Shown piece after piece: positions 1 to 12,388 of a stretch of DNA of 64,000 nucleotides (positions are counted from its first letter, which is position 1; each line of letters begins with the position of its first letter). A program made the position numbers and the translations under genes. This DNA comes from Marsupella aquatica (lineage: Eukaryota > Plantae > Marchantiophyta), in assembly GCA_973895155.1 (NCBI GenBank), contig OZ316895.1, positions 16,222,070-16,286,069 on the forward strand, read 5' to 3'. The notes below the pieces were generated by a model. That model was not told where the DNA came from. It saw nothing but the letters and a program-made list of their open reading frames with translations, and searched no databases.

Positions 1-2924
1 GAACGATTCCCAGAGTGAGTGATGCGAGATTTTGCAACCAGGTGGTGAGCCCCGTTCTCCTCTCTCTGGACCACAGTAACAATCAGGGCCTTTGCTGCTC
101 CCCGACAGTTGATCCTCACCCGAGTTCCCTTTCTCAGATGCGATAATTTTCTCCCCGGTGTCTTCCTATCTTTCTTCGACTTGAACACCTTTCGCTTTTG
201 GAGATGCTCTTCTGGTCTGCTCTCTCATCTCTCATCACTCCGAAAGACCACTGGCGAATCACCGTACAGGGAACTGATGGGGTCCTGACGTGATTGGTTG
301 GCACTGACGAAAAAGCTGCAACCGAGCTTTATTTATTTGTCTTGTTGCTTTCTGTCGTGCTCTGTGATGATAAGTAGTACCTAGTTTTCCTTCGTCCTGA
401 GTGGCAGCTCTCGACAGAACCAGCGAGAGTGGGAGAGACACAACAATGGCTGTGTCATCTTTTCTAAACTAGTCTTTTGGGGGAGCAGCACGAGGGGCAC
501 GCAAGCACTCAGTCATTCCTCCGACTCATGACTGGCAACTGCTCTCTCCTGTCGTCTGTCCCCCATTGACGAGGAGGTCAATCTCCCTTCCTCCGTCCCT
601 CGACTGTAGCGAGAGTTGCTGCTATTGGGTCGAATATCACATGTCGAAGCAAATTCCGCGGGCCTGGGCGAGCCTCCGCACTAGGACATTGAACATTCGC
701 AATCAGGCAGGCAGAAATGAAGCCCGGCAGGCGGGGGGCAAAGGGCATTCGCAGAGTCTCATCACTCTGCAGCAGCAGCCCACAAAGCTATACTTACTCA
801 TTCTGATCAGTGATTGATTGTTGGAGTCAACTACTTGCTGGAAAAGCAACATCGTGTTCGGAACAGGTTGGGTCGGGGAATAATTGTTGGCCAAGAACGC
901 GGAAGGGCTCTACTACTACTACTGTCGATCTACTCAGTCTACAGCGCAGTCATCATAGGAGTGTTCCAGGATATCGAGCATGAAAGTTCATAATGATCGA
1001 TCTCGTAAATGACCCCGTCACCCACTCTAGCTTGGGAATTGATGGACTAAAGCAATTTTCAAAGGTCACTCTGCATGATAGTATTTCGGCAAAGGCGGGT
1101 CAAATGTTCTCGATCAGTGAAGGAGAACACGACTCGCAGTCACACATCTCCCTCTTGCTTTTCCGTCAGTAGGTCTCACTTCAACTTTACTCTAGGTCAT
1201 TGCAACCATACCTGAGCGGCGTGATCACGTTCGTAGCATGCTGGAAATCGAATGAATTTGAGAAAGAGCAATTGACGTTACGCTGCATCGATGATGCTTC
1301 ATTAGTATGCTGATCGAACGTAATTAGAGACACCCCGTTTGCGGATGGTGTAGATGGAATCTCATGAGGTGTATGCGGCTCCCTGCTAGAGAAGACTAGG
1401 AGGGGAGGGGCACAGAGACACAAGTAATCTGAACTATACCGTTCGATTATAATTTACACTAGTGGGCCCGAGACTAGTAAATATGTAACATCGACTTGCG
1501 CTCGCGTGATCGCTGGAGTAGATTTCCTGTACGACCTTTTGAGAAGTCTGGTCAGAAGTTCTTCATTCCGCACCGCTGAATAATATGCCACCCAACAGCT
1601 GAATAACTGCACCCGCACAAGCCTGGTATAGTATCATCATCATCACAATTCTGCGGTAGTGCAGTAGGTTCAACGCACCCGGGCCTACACTCCTCCTCCT
1701 CCTCCTCCTCCTGCACAACGATCAATCCCGCGACAGTAGCCGTGTTGTTTGTCATCACAGACAACCACCAATTCGTGTGCAAATGCACGAGCACCACAAG
1801 AAGAGGCAAGCACATTAAATCATTAATCGCTCGAAAAGCAGGGAGGGATCCGGAATGAATCGAAAGTGGGTCTGACTACGTCTGCAAAAAGTGATTGAAA
1901 CGCAATCTCAAGGAGAACCTGGCGAGAGGTACATGCTCACCTGTTGCACACAGTACCGTCCTTGACTGTACTGTTTGAACCGTAGGTTACGAGGTCCAAT
2001 GTCCTATTGGGATTCGAATTTTCTCATAAAGCGACGATAGCTGATGAGCTTACCATTCTGATTCTCAGATGCGGCCTACCGTACAGATGGCAAGAAATCA
2101 ACAACTCCCATCCTCAGGGTATTATTAGATTGTCGGATAATAATGAGTTCATCAGTTGCTTTTGAGATCCCTGTCATCAAGCCTGCTGTACATCGCAACA
2201 TCCTTTTGGAATTATTACGAGGTCAGATGACCTGCTAAGCAGCTTTATTGATGGAGCCTCCATAGGGCACTCATCACAACCCCAATATTAGCGATGTTTT
2301 CTATCTCTAATGTACATTGTGCACTGAACATGTTCCAAGACACAAAAGCCCCGGGTAACCACTAATGCTGCCTGCATACAGTATCACTCTTCCCTTTCCA
2401 AAGAGGCACTCAACCCCCACCATTTTGTTATCTGGATTTAAAAGCACAAGCCACCATAGTATAGTGCCAATGTCGACATCCACAATTCCAGTTCCACAGA
2501 GGTGGAGCATTCAGCACCCTCAATCTGGATATCATTTTGCCTCTGGATCATACCCTGTTCAGGTCTAAAGAAACGAGCCTCCCCCTCCTGTTTGACCACC
2601 AGTTTTTCCAGACAATCAGGTCCGAATTCCCTTACGGAGTGGATGGAGTTTCCATATGGCATCAAACGCCTCAGGGACCCCTAGCAAGTAACACATTTCA
2701 TTTGGGGTCCCATCAAGCAAATCACTCTCAAGGGCCCCCACATATGTACATTTGTTATCTGGATTGTGCCAAATGCAAGCTTTATTTTTTTAGTTTTCCT
2801 ATCAAGTGGGGTTCTAAAGATACCAGCCCTCCATTCCATACCGATCTTGTCCTTGATCCTGTGTAGGCAAACAGTCCAACTCCTTTCACAACACAAATAA
2901 CAATGATTTAGCTGATTGGGTCTC

Positions 2925-3284
2925 TGTCATGCCGAGGGACAGTGCCTTTTGTGCACATCGGCATGTCCCTCGCATGCCCGCTAGGTATGTAGTTAGGGCT
3001 AGTGTACTACTTGAGTTAGTGTCATGTTCTTGTAGCGAGTCTGGGCTGTTCTTGAAGCAAAAGGGGTTTGTTAGTGTGGCGCCTGGACCTGGTCCTACTT
3101 AGGGCATGTTTTTCTTTATCGTTCTTCAGTTCTTCTTGAATCGCTGTTGACAGAGCTCAGACAGTGCTCGTCGGTTCCGTACACAGGATTCACACAGTGA
3201 TTCGTTAGATGCTCCCGGCCGATCTTGGCATCCCGCCAGTTTTTGATTCAATTTCAGTACGATTGTTTCTCTTACGCCTTTTAT
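2925..3284 (+). repeat. Terminal segment A (360 bp) of copy 1
   Basis: Homologous to 38907-39266 and 48448-48805. The right boundary is set by where the 48448 copy stops matching (…CGCCTTTTAT). Confidence 0.88.
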
Positions 3285-3297
3285 TCAAGAAGAACTG
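3283..3297 (+). promoter_or_regulatory. Putative self-priming primer-binding site
   Basis: ATTCAAGAAGAACTG at the A boundary is the exact reverse complement of CAGTTCTTCTTGAAT at 3127-3141. There is no TGG-starting tRNA-type PBS here. Confidence 0.6.
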
Positions 3298-6200
3298 CCG
3301 AGTTGGCGGTGAGGGGAAGAAGATAGAAGACATTCTCGTCTCAGATGTTTATGTCGGTTCAGACAATTTCCGTCGAAACCGGTGCAATTTCTTTGAGCAA
3401 CAATGGAGGGACGAGTTGAAATTATGGGTTCAATATGGTGTTATGTGTATACTTAACATAAGTATACACATAACGCTCCCGTTGGAGCCTGACTTTTCTT
3501 CCCAGTTGTACCCGGGGACCCTTTGCTGCTTCCGACTGTGGCTGCTGACTGCCACTACCTTTTTCGGGCCAATTTTGCGATGTTTTTGCAGGAGGGGCTG
3601 TCTGCATAGGGCCACGAGCCCCTTCTTGGCTGCGCCTCCCTGCGCCATGCTACCTTCCGGCCGGCTACAAGCCACGGGTTGCAGGTCGATGCCTTTACTC
3701 TTGCTCGGAGCCCTGTAAAGGGTCGCACGCCAGGTTTATTTTCGCCTCACGGCTGTGTTCGTACTGCGTCCTTCTCCCTCTGTGTATACACATCGGGGGC
3801 GACAACCTTCCCTTACCATTTTCTTTTCCTTCTGCTCACCGGTACGTGCATAGGGCATCGTGCCCTCCACTCGATTAGGACTCGTTTTCTTTCTTTCCCC
3901 TTTGCCGTTTTCTTTCCTTCCCCCCGGTTGCCAGCACTTAATAGGGGAGAGGGAGCGAGTACAAGCGAGAGCTGAGAGAGAGAGGGCACGAGGCCCTATG
4001 AAGAATTAAGGAGGGGAGGGGGAGTTCACGTCGACTCCCCTCGGGAGCCCTGCCAAGCACGAGGCCCAACTTACAGGGCATTAGAGGAGGGGAAGGGAAG
4101 CGCAAGGAGTGGGCACGAAGCCCTATGCTGACATAAAGAGGGGGAGGGGGAGTAATCATTCGACTCCCTCTCTCGGGAGTCATCCTGCAGGGCACAGAGC
4201 CCACTTTTAGCATTAAAGCAGGGGAGGGGGAATTCAATTAGACTCCCTTCTCTTGGGGGTAGGTTCACCTGTGGCCAGGCAGGAGCGCAAGGAGAGGGCA
4301 CCCGGCCCTAGGCAGCATTAAGAGGGAGTCGATTCCTTTTGCCAGGCCCAAAACTCATTTAAGGAGGGGAGGGGGAGTTAGTCGCTCCCTTCTCTTCGGG
4401 AGCACATCAGGAGCCAGGAGGGGGGGCGTGAAGCCCTATGCAGGGCCCGAGCCATTGATTGGGGCCCCATTTCTTTCCTTTCGCTGTGCCCTCGCCCTTT
4501 TCTTTTTCGCCTCGCTTCGCTTTCTCTTTTATTCACCTGCAGCAAAGCGCACGGTGCCCCCGAGTGTGTATACACACTCGTTCGGTTGCCGGTCCCCACC
4601 TGATTTTTCTTTTCGGTAGACGCGCACCTTCTGTCAGTTCCCGGGTCCACATCGGGGCCCAATGTATACACATAACTGGGCCCCATGTTTATACATTTGA
4701 AAAGGCCCAGGTATACACATGGGACGGCAATCCGACATCGCCTATGTATACACATAGGCAAGCACAACGGGGACACAATTTGAGGTTTTAAGGGTCCCTT
4801 TCCCTGATGGTTTTTCGACGGTGACGGGTTTTCTCAGTGCTTACACATTCTACACATTTTTGCCTCGCATTGTTTGTTTCCTTTGTGGGTTTCATTTCCT
4901 AGCCTTGGGGCTGCCATTTCTTTTTCTTGTCAGTTTCTTTCCCATCGGCACCCCAAGTGAGCATGCAGCATGTCAGCAGAGGAGCCGACTCATAGCAGCT
5001 CATCGCCACCAACACCCAGGTACCACTTGCGGAGTGATCCACGATCGTTGGTGCCAATTTCATTGGAGTCTCGGCAATTTCGATGACGTCAACAGACAGC
5101 AGCAGCACCCACACCACGCAATCCTTCTGCTACATTTGGCGGTCGCTTCACCTCTACCCGAAGCCTGCTATCACTTCTTTGCCTTTTTCTCCTTCTGCAT
5201 CAGTGATTGTTCCAGCTTCACCGACATACAGCATGGATGCCAGTCACTCATCTAGCTGCATTGAGCGCTTCAGCGGGCGGCCAGGCACTGTCTCTTTACG
5301 TGAGTTCAAATCCACTTTCTACACTGTCGTTTATGAATTGGTGTTGAAGTATGGCAGCAATTTCACAAATGCTTTTGCATTTAAGTAGCTAGCCAGGTAT
5401 GTGCACCATGAGGCTTTGGATGTGTATGAGCAGCACTCTCAACGGCTGCTTGCTGTCACACAGTTGCCTAACCCTACGTATGCCAGTGCAATTGCGGCGG
5501 CCTCACAATTGGCCTTACAGAATGCCATTGCAGCCCATGCTGCTGCTCCTGCCACTTCCCCTCCTACTCCAGTTCCTACCACTGCGCCAGTTACTCCCAC
5601 TGTCTTGGCACAGGCTACATCAGGCATTTGTCCCACCATTGATTCCCCTGCCTTTGCTGATCCAATGGCTGAGTTTTTCCAGGTTCTTGAATTGGAATTC
5701 CCAATCAAGAGTGCTGATAAAATCATGCAGTTGGCCACCTTTGTGAGGCAGCGCGATGAAACATTGAAGATGATGTATCGCCGGCTTCTCAAGCTAAAGG
5801 AGGACACCCAGAGCATCACTGACCTGGAAGCTGCTCATCGCTATCTTTGCGCATTGGAGGGCACACCAGCTCTCCATTTTCAAGTGTTGTAGCAAGTATT
5901 CTCAGAGTTTGGAGACAACTACACCTTGCTCAATGTCTATGACACTGCTGAGAAACTTGAGTTGGCCCATGCACATTATGAGGCCAGTATTGCGCGTCCA
6001 CCGCGATCCAGGTACCAAGCTACTGCCCCTACACTGGCCACTCCTTCCCGTGTGCCACAGTATGGTTCCAAGATCAAGCCAGCACATGCTGCTTCATGCT
6101 GCCATCTTGCAACTACTGTGGTAACCCTAATCACAAGGCTAATGAATATGATATTGTTGTTGAGGACCTGTCTTGTGATTTTTGCGGGAAAGTGGGCCAC

Positions 6201-8079
6201 TTGGAGGCAGTTTGTTTTGCCAAATTCCCCGATAAAAAGCAGCTACGACAGCAGGCCACTCATCCTGCTCCTGTTTCCACTCCCCCACCAGCTAGGAGGG
6301 CTCCTACTGCATCAATTGCTCCTCCTTCCAGTGGCAAAGCATCCAGTCATAACAAATTGCCCAAGCAGCAACAGAAGCAACCAGCTCAGAAGGACGCTCA
6401 CAACGCACAGGCAACTCAACTCCAGTCTCTGACTCATGAGGTTGAGTCATTACGTGCCCAACTTGCCAACATCAAAGGCAAGTCCACTGCCTCTCCTAGT
6501 CCTTCTCAACCGGCTGGTCACGTGCAACCCATCCCTAGCCTAGGCACCACTGACAGTTCATCACCCATACCCGCTCTTTCTATGGCTTGCCATTTGATGC
6601 TCATATGGGTGAGTGTGTGCTGTCCTCTGCTACACAGCCTGGCCGTACAGCAGAATTTTCAGATTCATTCTGCCCTTCCTATTTTGCTTACCAGCAGGCC
6701 AGTGCTGCCTCCCGTATTGCTCCCACACGCCGCATTGTACAGGCTGATGGTCTTGCTGCTGGTCCTATGACTAGAGCCAGGGGAGCTCGGGCTGTCATGC
6801 CCCAATCTTTTCAGCCACTCACACTTGCTGAAGAGCGCACCTTGTTGGCGAGGGGCGAGGGAGCTGTAGCTACATCCATTCCACCACCAGGTGCTGCTGA
6901 CATTTCACAGGGAGTTGTTTTTCCTGAGCTGCTTGAGCATTTCACCTTCGGTATGGCACAAAGGATTCTTACCACTCCACTTTTCAGTTGCCATGATTTA
7001 CAGTTGGATGCTAGAGCTGTCATCAGAGCGCTAGAGGGCTCACTGCATTCTTCATCAGCCCCTGTGACACCGGTTTTGGAGGTCCAATCTCATGTACATC
7101 CTGGACCTTCTTCTTCTCCATTACATGCTTCCACTGGTTTGGCTATCCCAGTACCGATTTCTAGTGGTAGAGATGACAGTATTGCTGCAGATTGTGTGAC
7201 CAGAGCTACACTTGATTCTGGTCATGCTGCTCCATCTTTCTTGGCTATGCTGTTGAGTGGGAAGACCGTGGACACTAACTCCCTTCACAAGGTACCTCAT
7301 CATTTGCCAAAAGTGGTGCCTAGTGACAGGACTTTAGTTTCCACCACCATTGCCATTGTTGACAACAGGAATTCAGCAGTCAAGTTGGAGGGTCACACTC
7401 CTCAGGTGGTCATGCTAGACACAAGCGCTCAACCAGTAATCTTGGGCATTCAGTTTGCCAAGAAGATGGGACTGCTGACTGATCATTTACAGCAATCCAG
7501 GTGGCACATTCGGACTGCTAGTGGCACTATGAAGGATGTGTTGGGTGAGAGTTCTACTTTACTCACTCTCACTTTTAATGGAGGTACAGATCAGGAACTG
7601 CATTTCCCAGTCAGATGTTTGGTTACCAATGCCACTACGTATGATGTGCTCATTGGCCAAGAGGCTTTGTTCCCACCAGGTTTTACCATTAACAACTGGC
7701 ATGAGCATGCATACTACAGAGTTGATTGGCATACGGATGGCTCACACTTGGGATACATTCCACTTGATTTGCATGGTGCCCATACCCCTATGGCTCACCA
7801 CTGTGTGTTGAAAGCAGTGCACACAGCTACCTATGTCAACCACCCATTGCAGGATTGGATTGAGGAGGATGATGATGAGGTGGCTACTGCACATGCTGCT
7901 GCACGTATAGCAGCCCTTTCCAGCAACGTGGATCATCAACCAGAGGTGGTACAACGGCTCCAAGCAGCCCATGGACCTTTGGTGGCTGCATTGCACAAAT
8001 TTGAGGACCTTGGGCAGCACAATGGACAACCAATAGCCCCAATCTTGAGCGCACCAGTTACATGGACTCCTCCTTCAGA

Positions 8080-9020
8080 TGGCCTTACATTGCTTGAGCT
8101 TTTTGGTGGCATTTCTACAGGCCTGGAAGCTCTCCTAAAGTCTGGCATGGTGGTGAAGCAGTACATCTATGTGGATATTGATCCAGGTGCAAGGCAAGTG
8201 GCTGAATCCCGTCTGCTGGAATTTTCAGAGCGATTTCCCCAACAGTTTCCGCATAGTGCATGGACGTCTGCATTTTCTTTCTTCCCTCCAGATATCCAGC
8301 TTGTCCAGCACCGGCACTTAACCCTTCTTGGCTCCCTTGATTTGATCATAGCTGGTTGGGAATGCCAAGGGTTTTCAGCTGCTGGTCACGGTGCTGGACT
8401 GCATGATTCTCGTTCTGGCCTTTTCACAGCATTGGTTCAAATTCTCACCTGGGCTCAATCCCTTTATCCTGCTATTGGTTATATCATTGAGAATACTCCA
8501 TCTCAGTTTGACCAGCGTCCACAGGTCAAAGAGGATTTCAGTGTGGTCCAGCACTACTTGGGACCACCCCTTCTCATTGATGCAGTGCACTGTGGTTCTT
8601 ATGCACATCGTCTTCGTAACTTTTGGACTAACCTTGCACCACCTTCCTTGCTGGAGATGGCTCTTCACCACACATCCAGGGACACTAACCTCACAGTGGA
8701 CCAGATTTTGGATGCTGACAGTCCTTGCGAACCAGTTACACGGCAAGAGCCAACACCTTGGTATCCAGCCAATACCATTGGACAACCCCGTGCTGCTTGG
8801 CCTACATTTGTGTCCTTTCCAGGTGCACATGCTTTTTAGGGTGATGGTCCTGGTCTGGTTTATCGACATTCTACCGGTACATGGGATGAACCTAGTCCTG
8901 AGGAGAGAGAACGGGCTATGGGCTTCCAACCCGGTACTACAGGTCACACCAAAATCACCAGGCTGGCCAGGAATGCTTTACTTGGCAGGGTAATGGATCT
9001 CAATGCTCTCACTTGGCTTA
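8080..9020 (+). other. DNMT3/DRM-like C5 DNA cytosine methyltransferase domain within the polyprotein
   Basis: Motif I LLELFGGIS, IV IIAGWECQGFS (Cys kept), VI YIIENT, VIII AHRLRNFWTNL, IX EERERAMGFQPGTT, X RLARNALLGR. These resemble DNMT3 AHRARYFWGNL / EMERVFGFP / RLARQRLLGR. There is an in-frame TAG at 8837-8839. Confidence 0.88.
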
Positions 9021-12000
9021 TGGTCACTTGCATCCTTTTTCAGGTGTCCATTCCTCCAGCATTAGGAGCTCCAGCCCTACCACTCCACAGTGTTGTTGCA
9101 TGGCATCCAGACCAGGTGCACTTACCTCTGTCCAACACTCACCACTTCAGTCCAAGTGTTGGGGGGGAGGAGGTCCCTTGTAATGCGGCTGACATTATTT
9201 CTGAGTTTCATGGTGTGGACCACTTCAGATCAGCAGGTACAACAGGCCTTGGAGAGGCCTCATCACCTTATCAGCAGCATGCTAGCAGCTTGGACAGTGG
9301 AGAGGCTGGCACTTCTGGCTCTTCAAGCACGAGTACATCAGGTCCTATTCCTAGTGTTGCCAACTACACATTTATCATGGGCAACCACCTGAGTAAAAGA
9401 CAGAAGGACCAACTGCTGAATTTTCTCCTCAAGCATGAGAATGTGTTTGCTTTCTCTATGAAGGACTTGGGTAAGTGCAAGACTATGCAGTTCTCCATTG
9501 AGTTGGTTGATGAAACACCTATCTTCAGGCGGAGACACCGTTTGAGTAAGCATGAGTGGCAGCTGGTGGATGAGAGGTGCCAAGAGCTCTATGAAGCTGG
9601 TCTTATTCAGCCATCTACATCAGATTTTGCAGCAGCTACAGTGATGCCAGCAAAGAAGGATTCCAGTGGATTGTGGACAGAGAAGCGCATGTGTGGGGAC
9701 TACAGGCCATTGAACCTGGTCACACCCCATGACAGGTACCCCATGCCGCGGCCAGAGGAGCTATTTGACAGTATTGGAGACTCAGACATCTTCACTCTTG
9801 TGGATCTAAGGCAAGGCTTCAACCAGATTTTGCTGCTTGCAAAGGATCGCAAGAAAACATCTTTCCATGGTAGTAACCAACTATGGGAGTGGTTGGTGAT
9901 GCCATTTGGCTTGAAGAATGCGCCCATATTCTTTCAAAGAGTCATGGACCAGGTTCTTCAAGGTGCTGAGTTTCTGAAATGCTACATTGATGATGTGTTG
10001 GTCCACAGCAAAGGATTTGACCAGCATCTACTTGACCTTGAGGAGCTATTCATGAGGCTTAAGAAGGTGAACCTAAAGATACAGCCCAAGAAGTGTGAAT
10101 TTGCTGTCAGATCAGTAGTATACCTTGGGCACCGCATTCTTCCAAATGGAACCATGGCTCACTGGGCCAAGGTGGCATCCATCTTGGAAATGCCCACTCC
10201 TACCGACGTTCACACTTTGAGGAGCTTTATTGGGTTGTGCAATTACTACCGGATCTACATCAAAGATTTTAGTACCATTGCACACCCATTGTACTCTTTG
10301 TTGAAAAACAATGTGCCTTGGACATGGAGTACAGATGCTGAGGCAACATTTGCCACTTTGAAGGAGAAGCTCTCAAAATACCCAATGCTAAGAAGACCTG
10401 ATTTCAGCAAGGTCTTTGTGCTACACACAGATTGGAGTGCCCTTGGGATTGGTGCCATTCTGGGCCAGCATGATGAGGAAGGTAAAGAGTATGTCATTGC
10501 CTATGCATCCAGGAGCAACAATCAGGCAGAGAGTCATTATTCTTCTTATGAGGGTGAATGCCTTGCTGTTGTGTGGGCTATCATACATTACAGGCCCTAC
10601 CTCTATGGGACCAGGTTTGTTCTCTACACCGACCACCAGCCCTTGAAGTGGTTGATGACCAATGACAAGCTTACTGGCAAGCTTGCTCGTTGGGCGCTCA
10701 TACTCCAGGAGTATGATTTTGAGGTAATTCATAGGCCTGGTGTGACACATCAAAATGCTGACACTATGTCCTGCAGCCCTTTGATTGCCTCTGATGATCC
10801 CTCAGATGCACGGTAGGATTTTGACCAGGTTTCCATCCTGCCTACATTTCATGCATCTACCTATCTTGCTTTGTTGCCATGCTACATTGTTGACCAACCT
10901 GTGGTGGACATATGGGAGAACAACGACACTCTGAGATTTTTGCAGGATGGGGAGTACCCCACCCATGTTACTGCTGCCCAGAGAGACCGAATTCAGCAAA
11001 GGTCCAAGCGCTACTTGTGAAAGGGAGATTATCTTGTGCCGCTGCTTGCCAGACAGGGAAGTGGTGGTTCCACCCATTCATGAGAGGGTTGGCCTTATCC
11101 GTAAGGTACATTCTAAGCTTGGTCATTTTGGTGTTAAGAGGACTTATAGCCTCTTGGTCCCCCATTATCATTGGAGAGGCATGCATGGCTAGGTTCGAGA
11201 TGTTATTGCCCGGTGTGAGCAATGTGATAGGGTAAGGACTTCTTTCACATCTCGGCAACCCACACTTCATCCACTCCCTATTCAGGGCATGTTTTATCGT
11301 TGGTCATGTGATTTGGCTGGAGAATTACCCCTCACATCTCGGGGTAATCTCTACATCATGATCATGATAGAGCATTTCTCCAAGTGGATAGAACTTGTGG
11401 CATTGCCAGATAAGACCTCCCGTAGCACCAGCCAGGCATTCTTGCAACAAGTTCTCAGCCGCTTTGGAGCTTGTGCATAATGTCTCACTGACCAGGGCTC
11501 AGAGTTTAGAGGAGAGTTCCAGGAGCTGCTTGATCAGGCTCTCATTGATCATCGCCGGACATCACGAGATCACCCACAGGCAAATGGCTTGGCAGAGCGC
11601 ATGGTTCAGACATGCAAGAAGGGCCTTCGGAAGATCTGCCTCACCAAAAACAAGGAGGATTGGGACCTGGCCTTACCCTACATTGCCATGGGGTATAGGA
11701 TGTCCAGACATGCATCATTGTCTAACTTTTCTCCCTACTTCTTGTTGTTTGGTCGTCACCCAGTTCCACCTTCTGCTATTGCTTCTCACATGCTTCAGGT
11801 GGTGGACTTGGATTCAGCTGTGACTTGGTCTGATGTGATCTCTGAGAGGGCTGCCCTATTCAGGAGGGTTATGCCCATGGCCATGGAGAATTTGGCCATT
11901 GCACAGCTCAGGGACACACTGCGTTATGCACACACACGAGGGGGCACTTTTCAGCCCAAGGTCAGGAAGTTTGAAGTGGGAGATTTTGTGTACTTGCAGC

Positions 12001-12203
12001 GGCAAGCTAACGACACCCTGGACACCTCTACCAGTCGCACTATTCTCAGGGTCAAAGCTATTCGACCGTTTGGAGTGCTAGAGTTACAAGGGGCAGATGG
12101 GCGCACAATTGCTGACAATGCCAAGAATTGCGCCCCTTGTCATCTGCCTAACCTGGATCCCACCATTGTGACTTCTACTTGGATTCCACCTGTGGACTAC
12201 CCT

Positions 12204-12338
12204 TGCAAAGTGTGTTTGCGAATTGATGATGCTTACCAGATGCCGCTGTGTGACAATTGCAATGGAGGGTACCATCTTTTCTGCCTTCGGCCTGAACTTC
12301 CCCAGGTGCCAGAAGGGTTATGGTTTTGCCCTTCCTGT
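12204..12338 (+). other. PHD finger at integrase C-terminus
   Basis: CKVC-x9-CDNC-x4-H-x2-C-x14-WFCPSC, a C4HC3 pattern. It recurs at ~48078-48212 and, degenerate, at ~28366-28505. Confidence 0.92.
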
Positions 12339-12388
12339 GCTCCACGTGCTATCTGACTTTTCTTCAGCCCTCCTTTTGGCTGTGGTCT

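Larger units (their letters stand above)
5233..12356 (+). pseudogene. Disrupted Gag-PR-DNMT-RT-RH-IN-PHD polyprotein, copy 1
   Basis: Gag start MDASHSS..IERFSG; knuckles CNYCGNPNH… and CDFCGKVGHLEAVC; protease LDTSA; MTase motifs; RT YIDD; RNase H TDWS…EGECLA…TDHQ; integrase H..GH…CEQC, CDLAG/TDQG/AER; C-terminal C4HC3 PHD. Several stops and about 3 frameshifts, nearly all absent from copy 2. Confidence 0.92.

Noticed and set aside
1-2920. Short ORFs, a (TCC)n run at ~1690-1712 and splice-like motifs
   Set aside because: No recognisable protein motif or consistent exon chain; may be UTR or promoter of a gene outside the window.
4970-5232. Possible upstream ATG (MSAEEPTHSS…) extending Gag
   Set aside because: Interrupted by TGA in both copies and not clearly in the Gag frame; could be a uORF but is unsupported.
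8832-8841. HIV-like -1 slippery site CTTTTTAGGG
   Set aside because: Only five Ts (not a canonical X XXY YYZ heptamer), and the downstream domain continues in the same frame.
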